Source of the DNA: Pyrinomonadaceae bacterium
GTDB taxonomy: Bacteria; Acidobacteriota; Blastocatellia; Pyrinomonadales; Pyrinomonadaceae
Reading direction: 5' to 3'
NCBI GenBank assembly: GCA_035606795.1
Contig: DATNEI010000107.1
Span: 470-64,469 of the forward strand
DNA: 64,000 nt
A program made the translations under genes and the position numbers. Each line of letters begins with the position of its first letter. Position 1 is the stretch's first letter. This document shows positions 27,686 to 36,344 of the stretch, piece by piece. The notes beneath the pieces were generated by a model. That model saw only the letters and a list, made by a program, of their open reading frames with translations. It was not told the DNA's origin and did not search any database.

Positions 27686-30187
27686 TTAGGTCCGCTTCTC
27701 TTGCGCCACCTCTTCTGTCGGGCCTCGCGGCATCAACTCGCTCTTATATCCACAGCCTTCTGCGTCTGAGCAGTACTTGGTGACACCCTTCTTCGTAGTC
27801 TTCTCGAGTAAGAATGGCTTGCCGCATTGCGGACACTTCTCTTCAATCGGTTTGTCCCAGAAGACGGACTCGCACTTGGGATAATTAGCGCAGCCGTAGA
27901 AAACTTTTCCGCGCCGGGACTTTTTCACCACCAGTTCACCGCCGCAGCCGGGCCGCGGACACTTAACGCCCGTAGTTTCCTGCTTGATGTACTTGCATTT
28001 CGGATAGTTCGAACAGGAAATGAATTCGCCGAAGCGTCCTTGCCTGCGCACCAGTTGCGCGCCGTCCACGGGACAGTTCTCATCGATGGGCACCGGCGGC
28101 GCGGACATTTTTCCGCTCTTGGAAATCTTGCGAATGTTCCGGCATTCGGGATAGCCCGAGCAACCGTAAAACGGTCCGAACCGTCCGCGTTTCAGTTGCA
28201 TCTGCTTCCCGCAAAGTTCGCACGCTTCGATCTCTTCTTCGCCGTCTCCCCCCGCCGCGGTGGCTTCCGGAGCTCGCACTGGTTCTGCATCACGCGTCGC
28301 GCCACAGTTGTTGCACTTGAGATACTTTCCAAACCGTCCCAGCTTCTGCACCATGCCGGGCGTGTTGCACTTCAGGCAGACTTCGTCAGTGGGCGTCTCT
28401 TTCTCTTTGATGTCCTTCGCGTATTTCTCGAACTGAGCAAGATCTTTCTTGAAAGTTTTGTAGAACTCGCCAATCGCATCAGTCCACTTGAGCTTCCCCT
28501 CTTCGATCTCGTCGAGTTCTTCCTCCATGCGCGCGGTGTAGGTCTCGTTGAAGAGATCGTCAAACCCGCCCTCGATCAAAACATCGTTCACCGTTTTGCC
28601 GAGCGCCGTCGGATGGAAACGCCCTTCTTTCTTCTCGACGTACTCGCGATCCTGGATCACTGTCATGATCGCGGCATAGGTCGAGGGGCGGCCGATGCCC
28701 TTTTCTTCGAGCGCCTTCACCAGGGTCGCCTCGGTGTACCGGGGCGGCGGCTCAGTGAAATGCTGCTCGGGATCGATCTTGTTGAGTGTTAACGTTTCGC
28801 CTTTCTGCACTAAAGGCAGAGTGCGCTCATCTTCCTCGTCGTCAGCCTTTTCGTCGCGACCCTCCTGGTAGACTTTCAGGAAGCCGTCGAACTTCAAGAC
28901 TGATCCGGTGGCGCGGAACACAAATCGTCCGGCATTAATATCGATTGTGGTTTGATCGAAAAGCGCCGGCATCATTTGCGACGCGACAAAGCGCTGCCAA
29001 ATCAACCGGTATAGTTTCAGTTCTTCCGGCTTCAGATATTTCGCCAGCGAATCCGGGGTGCGCGTCACATCGGTAGGTCGAATCGCTTCGTGGGCGTCCT
29101 GCGCGTCTTTCTTCGAGCGATAGTGCACTGCTTTTTCCGGGAGATATTTTTCCCCGTACTGTCCCTGGATGAATCCGCGAACTTCGCCCAGCGCCGTCTC
29201 GCTCACGCGCGTCGAGTCGGTACGCATGTAAGTAATCAGCCCCACCGAGCCTTCTTCGCCAATCTCCACGCCTTCGTAGAGGTGCTGCGCGATCATCATG
29301 GTGCGCTTCACCGGGAAGCTGAGTTTGCGTGAAGCTTCCTGTTGCAACTTTGAGGTGATGAACGGCGGAACCGGATTGCGCTTGCGTTCTTTGGTGGTGA
29401 CCTCGTTGACAACGAAAGTCTGTTGTTGCGCTTCGGCGACTATCTCGTTCGCCTGCTGGTCGGTGCCGATCAGAATCTCCGACTTCTTCAAATCCTGATC
29501 GAAACCACTGGTCTTGACAGTCTTGTCATCGACTTTCAGCAAGCGCGAGTCGAACGCTGGTGGTTGATTGCCACTGAGGTTGGCGCCAATGGTCCAATAC
29601 TCGGTCTTGACGAAAGCTTCGATTTCGCGTTCGCGCTGGACCACCATGCGCAAAGCCACGGACTGGACGCGGCCCGCACTCAGACGTCCTCCAATCGTGC
29701 GACAGAGCAGCGGCGAAACTTTGTAGCCCACGAGGCGATCGAGTATCCGTCGCGCCTGCTGTGCATCAACCAGGTTTCCGTCGATCTGCTTCGGATGGTC
29801 GAACGCTGCCTGGACCGCGCGCTTGGTAATCTCATTGAACATCACGCGAAAGGCGGGCTTGGCAGGTTTCTTCGGAACGATCTCTTCCGCGAGGTGCTGG
29901 CAGATCGCCTCACCTTCGCGATCGGGGTCAGCGGCCAGATAGATCGCATCGACCTCTTTCGCAGTCTTCTTTAGATCTGCAACGATCTTTTTGTTATTAC
30001 GCTTTTTTGAATCAGGAATGATCTCGTATTCCGGCGCGAAGTTGTTTTGAACGTCGACACCGAGGCCCTTCGAAGGCAGATCTTTGATATGCCCGATCGA
30101 GGCCTTCACCACGAAGTCCTTACCGAGATACTTATTGATCGTCTTCGCCTTGGCGGGCGATTCGACAATTACGAGATTCTTAGCCAT
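27686..30187 (-). CDS. topA: DNA topoisomerase I
   Basis: Toprim start MAKNLVIVESPAKAKTINKYLG (ATG at 30187; the track extends to 30376). Active-site region ITYMRTDSTRVS. Four C-terminal CxxC...CxxC zinc ribbons. Confidence 0.95.
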   Translation of the reverse strand: MAKNLVIVESPAKAKTINKYLGKDFVVKASIGHIKDLPSKGLGVDVQNNFAPEYEIIPDSKKRNNKKIVADLKKTAKEVDAIYLAADPDREGEAICQHLAEEIVPKKPAKPAFRVMFNEITKRAVQAAFDHPKQIDGNLVDAQQARRILDRLVGYKVSPLLCRTIGGRLSAGRVQSVALRMVVQREREIEAFVKTEYWTIGANLSGNQPPAFDSRLLKVDDKTVKTSGFDQDLKKSEILIGTDQQANEIVAEAQQQTFVVNEVTTKERKRNPVPPFITSKLQQEASRKLSFPVKRTMMIAQHLYEGVEIGEEGSVGLITYMRTDSTRVSETALGEVRGFIQGQYGEKYLPEKAVHYRSKKDAQDAHEAIRPTDVTRTPDSLAKYLKPEELKLYRLIWQRFVASQMMPALFDQTTIDINAGRFVFRATGSVLKFDGFLKVYQEGRDEKADDEEDERTLPLVQKGETLTLNKIDPEQHFTEPPPRYTEATLVKALEEKGIGRPSTYAAIMTVIQDREYVEKKEGRFHPTALGKTVNDVLIEGGFDDLFNETYTARMEEELDEIEEGKLKWTDAIGEFYKTFKKDLAQFEKYAKDIKEKETPTDEVCLKCNTPGMVQKLGRFGKYLKCNNCGATRDAEPVRAPEATAAGGDGEEEIEACELCGKQMQLKRGRFGPFYGCSGYPECRNIRKISKSGKMSAPPVPIDENCPVDGAQLVRRQGRFGEFISCSNYPKCKYIKQETTGVKCPRPGCGGELVVKKSRRGKVFYGCANYPKCESVFWDKPIEEKCPQCGKPFLLEKTTKKGVTKYCSDAEGCGYKSELMPRGPTEEVAQEKRT

Positions 30188-30354
30188 TGAACTGGTACTC
30201 CGGGCGGACACTGATGAAAATTCCTGCTCCGAAGGTTGCTTTTGTTGGTAACTCCTCAGGGTTTGAGCGCGGATGAAAATAGCACTAAGAACGGCGGTAA
30301 CGTCAAATCGAGTCAGAAAAGAGCCGGAAAACGTTGAGTCAAAGCCACGACCGA

Positions 30355-31497
30355 TTACAACCGCCGCACGAAGCACTTGCCCGGAAGCGCCCGAATCAGC
30401 TCACGCATTTCCAGCGTGAGCAACGCGGTGGTCAGTTGCGTGATCGATAGCTTGGTTGTTTCGGCCAGTGCGTCGATCTGTTGGGGCGTATCGGTCATCA
30501 ACAGTTTGAAAATCGCGCGTTCGTGCTCACTTAAATCAGTTGGAGTCAGGGCGAGTTGATCAACCAGCTCGCCTCTTTTCTTTTTCTTGCTGGGCGGCGG
30601 CAGCAGTTGGGCAGCAATCTCAGCCGGCAATTCACTCGCAATGTCCTGCCATTGCTGGACGAGCTTGGCTCCCGCGCCTTTGATCAAATAGTTCGTGCCG
30701 AACGAATTGCGCGAAGTGATGTTCCCCGGGATAGCGAAGACTTCCCTGTTCTGTTCCATCGCCAGCCGCGCCGTAATCAAAGAGCCGGAATTCTCTGCCG
30801 CTTCCACCACCACTACTCCTAAACTCAATCCACTGATCACGCGATTGCGATAAGGAAAGTTTTCGGACACTGGTGGTGTGCCGAGCGGAAATTGCGTCAC
30901 CAGCGCGCCGCCTTTGTTCAGAATTTCAAGTGCCAGCTTGCTGTGGTCGCGCGGATAGAATTGATCCAGGCCCGTTCCCATCACTGCCACGGTTTTGCCG
31001 CCGCCTTCCAACGCTCCGCGGTGCGCCGCCGCATCAATGCCGCGCGCCAGGCCGGAAATGATTGTCACCCCGCGTTGTGCCAGTTCACGCGCCAACATCA
31101 GTGCGGCGTTCTGACCGTAAGTTGAGCAGCGACGGGAACCAACAATCGCCACACAGGGCCGCTCGAGACATTCCGACCACGCGCCCTTCACGTATAGCGT
31201 TACCGGCGGATCGTAAGTCTCGCGCAACAGCGTCGGGTAGACGCCATCATCCAGGACGAGAATGTCGCCTCCGAGTTTGCGGACTCTTTCGATTTCCGCT
31301 GCGGCGCGTTCGTGAAGTTCGCGATTGGCGATGCACTCGATTGTCTCCGGCGTCAAACGCAACAACGCCAGTTCACGACGAGGAGCATCGAAGACCGCTT
31401 CCGCTGAACCGAAGTGTTCCAGCAGACGCGCAGTCACACGTGGACCAACACCGGGAGTCATATTGAGCGCAATCCAGTCTTTCATTAACTTGAGCAA
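30355..31497 (-). CDS. dprA: DNA-processing protein DprA (housekeeping copy, upstream of topA)
   Basis: CVAIVGSRRCSTYG...IISGLARGIDAAAHRGAL plus a C-terminal winged-helix domain. dprA-topA is a conserved gene pair. Confidence 0.85.
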   Translation of the reverse strand: MLKLMKDWIALNMTPGVGPRVTARLLEHFGSAEAVFDAPRRELALLRLTPETIECIANRELHERAAAEIERVRKLGGDILVLDDGVYPTLLRETYDPPVTLYVKGAWSECLERPCVAIVGSRRCSTYGQNAALMLARELAQRGVTIISGLARGIDAAAHRGALEGGGKTVAVMGTGLDQFYPRDHSKLALEILNKGGALVTQFPLGTPPVSENFPYRNRVISGLSLGVVVVEAAENSGSLITARLAMEQNREVFAIPGNITSRNSFGTNYLIKGAGAKLVQQWQDIASELPAEIAAQLLPPPSKKKKRGELVDQLALTPTDLSEHERAIFKLLMTDTPQQIDALAETTKLSITQLTTALLTLEMRELIRALPGKCFVRRL

Positions 31498-31592
31498 TCA
31501 GCGGTGAGCAGCAAAGTGGAAGTCTGGGAAGCGAAGACCGCTCGATTGCGCGGCACGAAATATCACGTCGCTGATTGAGCGTCAAGCAATTC

Positions 31593-31709
31593 GTGTCAGA
31601 ACCGCGAGCGGTAGCGACCGGATCATTTGGCTCCTGAGCCAAGGAACGTTCCCTTGTTTTCACCAAACGCGCCTGCTGATCCGGTCGCTACCGCTCGCGG
31701 TTCTGACAC
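31593..31709. repeat. Perfect 33-bp inverted repeat (GTGTCAGAACCGCGAGCGGTAGCGACCGGATCA) with a 51-nt spacer
   Basis: Arms 31593..31625 and 31677..31709. The spacer itself holds two small palindromes (ttggctc/gagccaa and aaggaacgttccctt). It lies 70 nt upstream of tRNA-Sec. Confidence 0.9.
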
Positions 31710-31779
31710 ATACGCGTTCGACAAATTCCGGCTGAAGTCGGTACTCTATACGCCGCTCAATTCACTCTTTGCCACAATT

Positions 31780-31878
31780 GGAGGCGCATCTGTTCTGGTG
31801 AATGGCGCGGTCTTCAAAACCGTTAGTGAGACTGCGAGAGCAGGCTCAGGTAGGTTCGATTCCTACACGCCTCCGCCA
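31780..31878 (+). tRNA. selC: tRNA-Sec (anticodon UCA)
   Basis: Folded by hand. Acceptor GGAGGCG/CGCCTCC with a C.A eighth position. 6-bp D stem CTGTTC/GAATGG with 4-nt loop TGGT. Anticodon loop CTTCAAA is identical to that of E. coli selC. The long variable arm carries a GAGA tetraloop. T arm is GTAGG-TTCGATT-CCTAC, followed by discriminator G and CCA. Confidence 0.9.
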
Positions 31879-31947
31879 ATTTCTTTCGCCCAAAACCCAA
31901 TACCCCGCGTCTGACTAGCAGCTGAAGGACGTTTAAGAGGAGAGACA

Positions 31948-32424
31948 ATGAAAAGCTACTTTAGACTTACGCTTGCCACCGCATTCACCGTGCTTCTTGT
32001 GGCTGGTTATGTCCAGGCACAGCCGCGGGTTGCGCGCGGTCGCGTCTACACAAAAGGTGACGTTGACCGCATCATCAAACGCGTCGAAGACAGTACCGAC
32101 AAGTTCAAGAAAGAATTCGACAAGGCCCTCGATCACAGTCGCTTGAACAACACGAATCGCGAAGATCAGTTAAACGAATATGCGAAAGACCTCGAGCACG
32201 CGACTGACGACTTGCGCAAAGAATTCGATCGGAGTGACAAGTGGATCGACAATAAAGAACACGTCCGAAGATGTCTGGAACTCGCCAGCAAGATCAATGT
32301 CGCCATGCGCAACCGGCGTCTCGGCCCGAAAGTGGAAAGTCGCTGGGCGAGCGTGCGCTTCGATCTGAACACCTTGGCGGGCGTTTACAATCTGCCGGTC
32401 GTCGCCTCTCCCGAGTATCGTTAA
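31948..32424 (+). CDS. Secreted hypothetical protein
   Basis: Signal peptide MKSYFRLTLATAFTVLLVAGYVQAQ, with RBS gaggag upstream. Confidence 0.5.
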   Translation: MKSYFRLTLATAFTVLLVAGYVQAQPRVARGRVYTKGDVDRIIKRVEDSTDKFKKEFDKALDHSRLNNTNREDQLNEYAKDLEHATDDLRKEFDRSDKWIDNKEHVRRCLELASKINVAMRNRRLGPKVESRWASVRFDLNTLAGVYNLPVVASPEYR

Positions 32425-32779
32425 GGTGAAGCAGTTCATTCTTTCGCCCTGAAACCCACATAGTCACGCTCGTCGATGCGGTCAAACAAACGACCAACAA
32501 TCGCGAGCGTTACCTCGACTCGCGACCTCTTTCGCGAAATCATCCCAGCGGCAAGCGCCGCGCGGTCCGCGAATGACTCTGCGCATCGTGGCCGGATATG
32601 ATCCTGACGGGAACTCCTATATAGTGGGCCCGCTCAAACACCCTTCTTTTCCTGCCTTAGTTATTTGAGCGGTTACTTACCCGCGTAAGCGACTAGAAAA
32701 GACGTCTCTGTTTTAGCGGTCCGTTGAGATCGTTACTCTCCGTGTATCTGAAAGGATCGACGATTAAGCAGAAGCAATT

Positions 32780-33847
32780 ATGAAAGCACTGAACATCACT
32801 TTTGTTTTAGTCATCGCCCATTTTGTTTTTCTGATCCCCCAGGCGGTCTCTTGTCAGACCGAACGAGTTGACATTATCGAATACACGCCGCCCAAGGGTT
32901 GGGCCAGGACGCCAAAAGACGGCGTCGTGATCTACACCGACAGCAACCAGAGCACGAATGCGCTTTGTGTTCTTTCTGTTTACTCGAGTTCACCAACCGC
33001 CGGCAGCCCGCAAAAAGACTTTGCCAATGAATGGAATGAATTGATCGTCAAGCCGTTTAAGGCGGATACAAATCCTAAGACTGAAATTCAGACGGAAGAT
33101 GGCTGGACATCAGTTTCAAGCGCCGCGGAGATTGAATCGGACGGAAATAAATTAGTCGTAATCATGACGGTCGTGAGTGGATACGGTCGAGCAGCGAGCG
33201 TTCTCGCCATCCTCAATAACCAGGCATACCTGCCTCAGATCGATGCGTTCATGACCAGCATCAAGATGGACAAAACCAGGGTCCTGGCCGGCACGAACCC
33301 GGCGCTTCCGCCGGCATCGACGCCTGCGCCAAAAGGCAATTCAGACTTTCTCGATTTCGATCCGTTTCCGGACAAGCCTTACATCCAGCCGCAGAAACCG
33401 CTGATCGGCCGCTTGCGAAAAACGATAACGACGAACGATCTCGCCGGCACGTGGGAAATCGGCGGGGCCGCCGTGCAGGAATATGTCACTTCCAGTTCGC
33501 AATCTACGACGAGCGTGTCTTTCTTTGGGAAGAAATACTTCATTCGCGCCGACGGCACATACGACTCGAAATTCCAGGGCCGGGCCAGCAACACGACGAT
33601 CCGTGAATCGGACAGCGGCACGGTCGTTCTGTCTGGCGGCTTCATCACTATGAAGTCCAGACAGAACCCCGCGATGCGTTATCAGTTTGTTGCCTACATG
33701 AGCCAGCCAAACGGGGCGGCGGTGCTCTCGCTGATATATATCGGCGACAGCACGCCGTTGGACGGCGCGGCGCTCCGCGCCAACTGCGGCCATGCGAACG
33801 GCTACGTCTCTTGTCTGAATGGAGAAGAGTGGGTGCGAATTCCGTGA
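32780..33847 (+). CDS. Secreted hypothetical protein
   Basis: Signal peptide MKALNITFVLVIAHFVFLIPQAVSCQ. No recognisable domain. Confidence 0.5.
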   Translation: MKALNITFVLVIAHFVFLIPQAVSCQTERVDIIEYTPPKGWARTPKDGVVIYTDSNQSTNALCVLSVYSSSPTAGSPQKDFANEWNELIVKPFKADTNPKTEIQTEDGWTSVSSAAEIESDGNKLVVIMTVVSGYGRAASVLAILNNQAYLPQIDAFMTSIKMDKTRVLAGTNPALPPASTPAPKGNSDFLDFDPFPDKPYIQPQKPLIGRLRKTITTNDLAGTWEIGGAAVQEYVTSSSQSTTSVSFFGKKYFIRADGTYDSKFQGRASNTTIRESDSGTVVLSGGFITMKSRQNPAMRYQFVAYMSQPNGAAVLSLIYIGDSTPLDGAALRANCGHANGYVSCLNGEEWVRIP

Positions 33848-33888
33848 GCGAATCGAAAGCCAGTTTGAGCGGAAGTTAAGAAGAGCAG

Positions 33889-34329
33889 ATGCAAAAGTTT
33901 CTGTGGATAATTATTGGTTTCGTACTTGCTGCTCTGGCAGCAATTGGCAGTCCGCAACCCTTGGCGGCGCCGGCTACGATTGCTAAGGGCGAATGTGACT
34001 GCAGCAATCTCGGGGCATTGCAGATCGAACTGCGTAACGCTGTGGGTTTGCAGCAGGCCTTCCAAGCGAAAATTGCCGACTTACGCAAGTTGGACCACGC
34101 ACCCGCTTCCGACGAATTCAGCAGATTTGCCGCCGCGACTGCAAAAGGCTTCAAGCGACCGCCCGGCGACACTGGGCCGGAAGCGGTCGAGTACACACCG
34201 TACGGTGACTCGGTAGACACGGGAATATTGGAAACGGAAAAGAAGACAATGAAGGCGGAAAAGGAGAAAGAAGAAACGGCGCGAACAGCTTTGCGGACTC
34301 AGTCGCAATGCGAAACAGGAAATCGATGA
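33889..34329 (+). CDS. Secreted hypothetical protein
   Basis: Signal peptide MQKFLWIIIGFVLAALAAIG and a Lys/Glu-rich C-terminus. Confidence 0.4.
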   Translation: MQKFLWIIIGFVLAALAAIGSPQPLAAPATIAKGECDCSNLGALQIELRNAVGLQQAFQAKIADLRKLDHAPASDEFSRFAAATAKGFKRPPGDTGPEAVEYTPYGDSVDTGILETEKKTMKAEKEKEETARTALRTQSQCETGNR

Positions 34330-34457
34330 TATGAAGCGTGGCGCGAGCTGCGACGGAATCGCCAAGGCCGTCGAGGCCCATGAGGGCGTCCATTGGAGTT
34401 CTTTCGGCAAAAACCCTGCGCCCTGCGTTTGAATGTAATACCGCGTTTTTTCTCGCC

Positions 34458-34511
34458 TTGACGTCGCCCAGCCGCTCTCCTATCATGCTATTTTTCGAAC
34501 GAACGTTCGAA
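34458..34511 (+). promoter_or_regulatory. Sigma70-like promoter (TTGACG-17-TATCAT) followed by an 18-bp palindromic operator TTCGAACGAACGTTCGAA
   Basis: -35 at 34458..34463, -10 at 34481..34486, palindrome at 34494..34511. It lies 17 nt upstream of the boxC ATG. Confidence 0.55.
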
Positions 34512-34527
34512 TGGTAACAAACACGGC

Positions 34528-36222
34528 ATGATTAACTTTCAAACTTCACCCGACCAATACCGGCACTGGAAACTTTCATTCGACGGTCCGGTCGCGCGAC
34601 TATCGATGGACGTACAGGAAGACGAAACGCTCGCCGATGGCTATAAGCTGAAACTGAATTCCTATGACCTGGGCGTCGATATTGAACTGGCAGATGCGAT
34701 TCAGCGGATCCGTTTCGAGCACCCGGAAGTTCAGGCCGTCATCATCACGAGTTTGAAGCCGCGTATCTTTTGCGCCGGCGCAAATATTTACATGCTCGGC
34801 ACTTCATCGCACGCGTTCAAGGTGAACTTCTGCAAGTTCACGAACGAGACCCGCTGTGCCATTGAAGACGACTCACGCGCTTCCGGACGCCGCTACCTTG
34901 CGGCCTTGAATGGAACTGCGTCGGGCGGCGGCTACGAATTGGCCATCGCCTGCGATGAAATCTATCTGGTTGACGACGGCAACTCAGCCGTTTCCCTTCC
35001 CGAAGTTCCTTTGCTGGGAGTTTTGCCGGGCACCGGCGGCCTGACGCGCCTCGTCGATAAGAGAAAAATTCGGCGCGATCGTGCTGACGTCTTCTCAACG
35101 CTGGCCGAGGGTTTGAAAGGCAAGCGTGCCAAAGAGTGGGGACTGATCGACGACACGTTCACGACGAGCAAGTTTCAGAGCTCCATCGATGATCGTGTGG
35201 CGCAAATTGTTAATTTACGGTCTGACACAAAGCAAGCATCCCCGGTGGGAATTAAGTTGGGCCCGCTTACTGTAGGGGCAGGGCTTGTCCCTGCCCGCAG
35301 TGATTCGGGAGAACGGGCGGGGACAAGCCCCGCCCCTACAGACGACAGCCGCGAATACAAATACGTCTCACTGAAGTTTCACCGCGATAAGCGTTACGCC
35401 GATCTGACGATGCGCGGACCGGAAGCCGGCCTGCCCGCGTCTGCCGACGAAATTCGTAACCTTGGTGATGATTATTGGCCGCTGCGCGCCTATCGTGAAC
35501 TCGACGACGCCTTGTTGTATCTGCGCGTGAACGAGCCGGAAGTCGGTCTGGTGTGCGTGCGCACTGAAGGGTCGATCGACAATGTGCTCGCGGTTGACAA
35601 GACGCTCGCCACAAATCGCGAACACTGGCTGATTCGCGAAATCGTTTTGCAGATGGCCCGCGTGCTGCGGCGACTCGATCTGACCGCCAAGAGCTTCTTC
35701 TCAATCATCGAACCGGGCAGTTGCTTCGCGGGGAATTTGTTCGAGCTGCTACTCGCATCCGATCGCAGTTACATGCTGAACAATCCGGACGAGACGGTTG
35801 AAGTCGCTTTGAGCGAACTCAACACGGGCGCGTTCCCGATGAGCAACGGTTTGACGCGTTTGCAGTCGCGTTTCCTGGCCGAGCCGAAGAAAGCGTACGA
35901 AGCATTTGCGCACGAGGGCGCGTTCGACACTGAAGCGGCTGACGCAGCGGGACTTGTTACCTTCGCACCGGACGATCTTGATTGGGAAGATGAGATTCGC
36001 GTGGCGATTGAAGAGCGCACGTCGCTTTCGCCCGACGCATTGACGGGGATGGAAGCATCGTTGCGGTTTGCCGGTCCGGAAACTATGGACACGAAGATCT
36101 ATGGGCGGCTGACAGCCTGGCAGAACTGGATCTTTCAAAGGCCGAATGCGGTGGGGCCTAACGGCGCGCTGACGAATTACGGCAAGCCGACACAGGCGAA
36201 GTTTGACTACAAGCGAACATAA
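34528..36222 (+). CDS. boxC: Benzoyl-CoA-dihydrodiol lyase / 2,3-epoxybenzoyl-CoA dihydrolase (BoxC)
   Basis: The N-terminus INFQTSPDQYRHWKLSFDGPVARLSMDV...GYKLKLNSYDLGVDIELADAIQRIRFEHPEV matches my memory of BoxC. Double crotonase-like architecture, about 560 aa. Confidence 0.8.
   Translation: MINFQTSPDQYRHWKLSFDGPVARLSMDVQEDETLADGYKLKLNSYDLGVDIELADAIQRIRFEHPEVQAVIITSLKPRIFCAGANIYMLGTSSHAFKVNFCKFTNETRCAIEDDSRASGRRYLAALNGTASGGGYELAIACDEIYLVDDGNSAVSLPEVPLLGVLPGTGGLTRLVDKRKIRRDRADVFSTLAEGLKGKRAKEWGLIDDTFTTSKFQSSIDDRVAQIVNLRSDTKQASPVGIKLGPLTVGAGLVPARSDSGERAGTSPAPTDDSREYKYVSLKFHRDKRYADLTMRGPEAGLPASADEIRNLGDDYWPLRAYRELDDALLYLRVNEPEVGLVCVRTEGSIDNVLAVDKTLATNREHWLIREIVLQMARVLRRLDLTAKSFFSIIEPGSCFAGNLFELLLASDRSYMLNNPDETVEVALSELNTGAFPMSNGLTRLQSRFLAEPKKAYEAFAHEGAFDTEAADAAGLVTFAPDDLDWEDEIRVAIEERTSLSPDALTGMEASLRFAGPETMDTKIYGRLTAWQNWIFQRPNAVGPNGALTNYGKPTQAKFDYKRT
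35270..35341. repeat. 72-bp REP-like double-hairpin palindrome lying in frame inside boxC
   Basis: ctgtaggggcagggcttgtccctgcccg ... cgggcggggacaagccccgcccctacag. It translates as TVGAGLVPARSDSGERAGTSPAPT. Confidence 0.85.
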
Positions 36223-36223
36223 T

Positions 36224-36334
36224 GCTGGGAGCGCGGGCGTCCTCGCCCGCATTCAGCGCGGAGCGCCAACAGCTTTTTGATTTGAAACTTGAGCGTGCTG
36301 GACCCTTGCGGACGAGGACGTCCGCGCTCCCAGC
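36224..36334. repeat. REP-like palindrome in the boxC-boxB spacer
   Basis: Arms gctgggagcgcgggcgtcctcgcccgca (36224..36251) and tgcggacgaggacgtccgcgctcccagc (36307..36334). Each arm is itself a hairpin. Confidence 0.85.
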
Positions 36335-36344
36335 AAGTGACATC

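Noticed and set aside
30188-30376. 63-codon N-terminal extension of topA overlapping the dprA 3' end
   Set aside because: The Toprim domain starts at MAKNLVIVESPAKAK (ATG 30187). The extension has no homology signal and overlaps dprA.
31373-31914. ORFs 31373..31666 (-) and 31627..31914 (+)
   Set aside because: They are translations of the 33-bp inverted repeat (PVATARGSD on both strands) and of the tRNA-Sec gene, not protein-coding.
34327-34385. TGA read-through (selenocysteine) at the end of the 33889..34329 ORF, prompted by the nearby tRNA-Sec
   Set aside because: The read-through frame adds only about 18 low-complexity residues before another TGA. No SECIS-like hairpin or Cys-homologue logic is visible.
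36222-36344. N-terminal extension of boxB given by the ORF track (MLGARASSPAFSAERQQ...RTRTSALPASDI)
   Set aside because: The extension is the translated REP-like palindrome. The family-typical BoxB N-terminus begins at ATG 36345.
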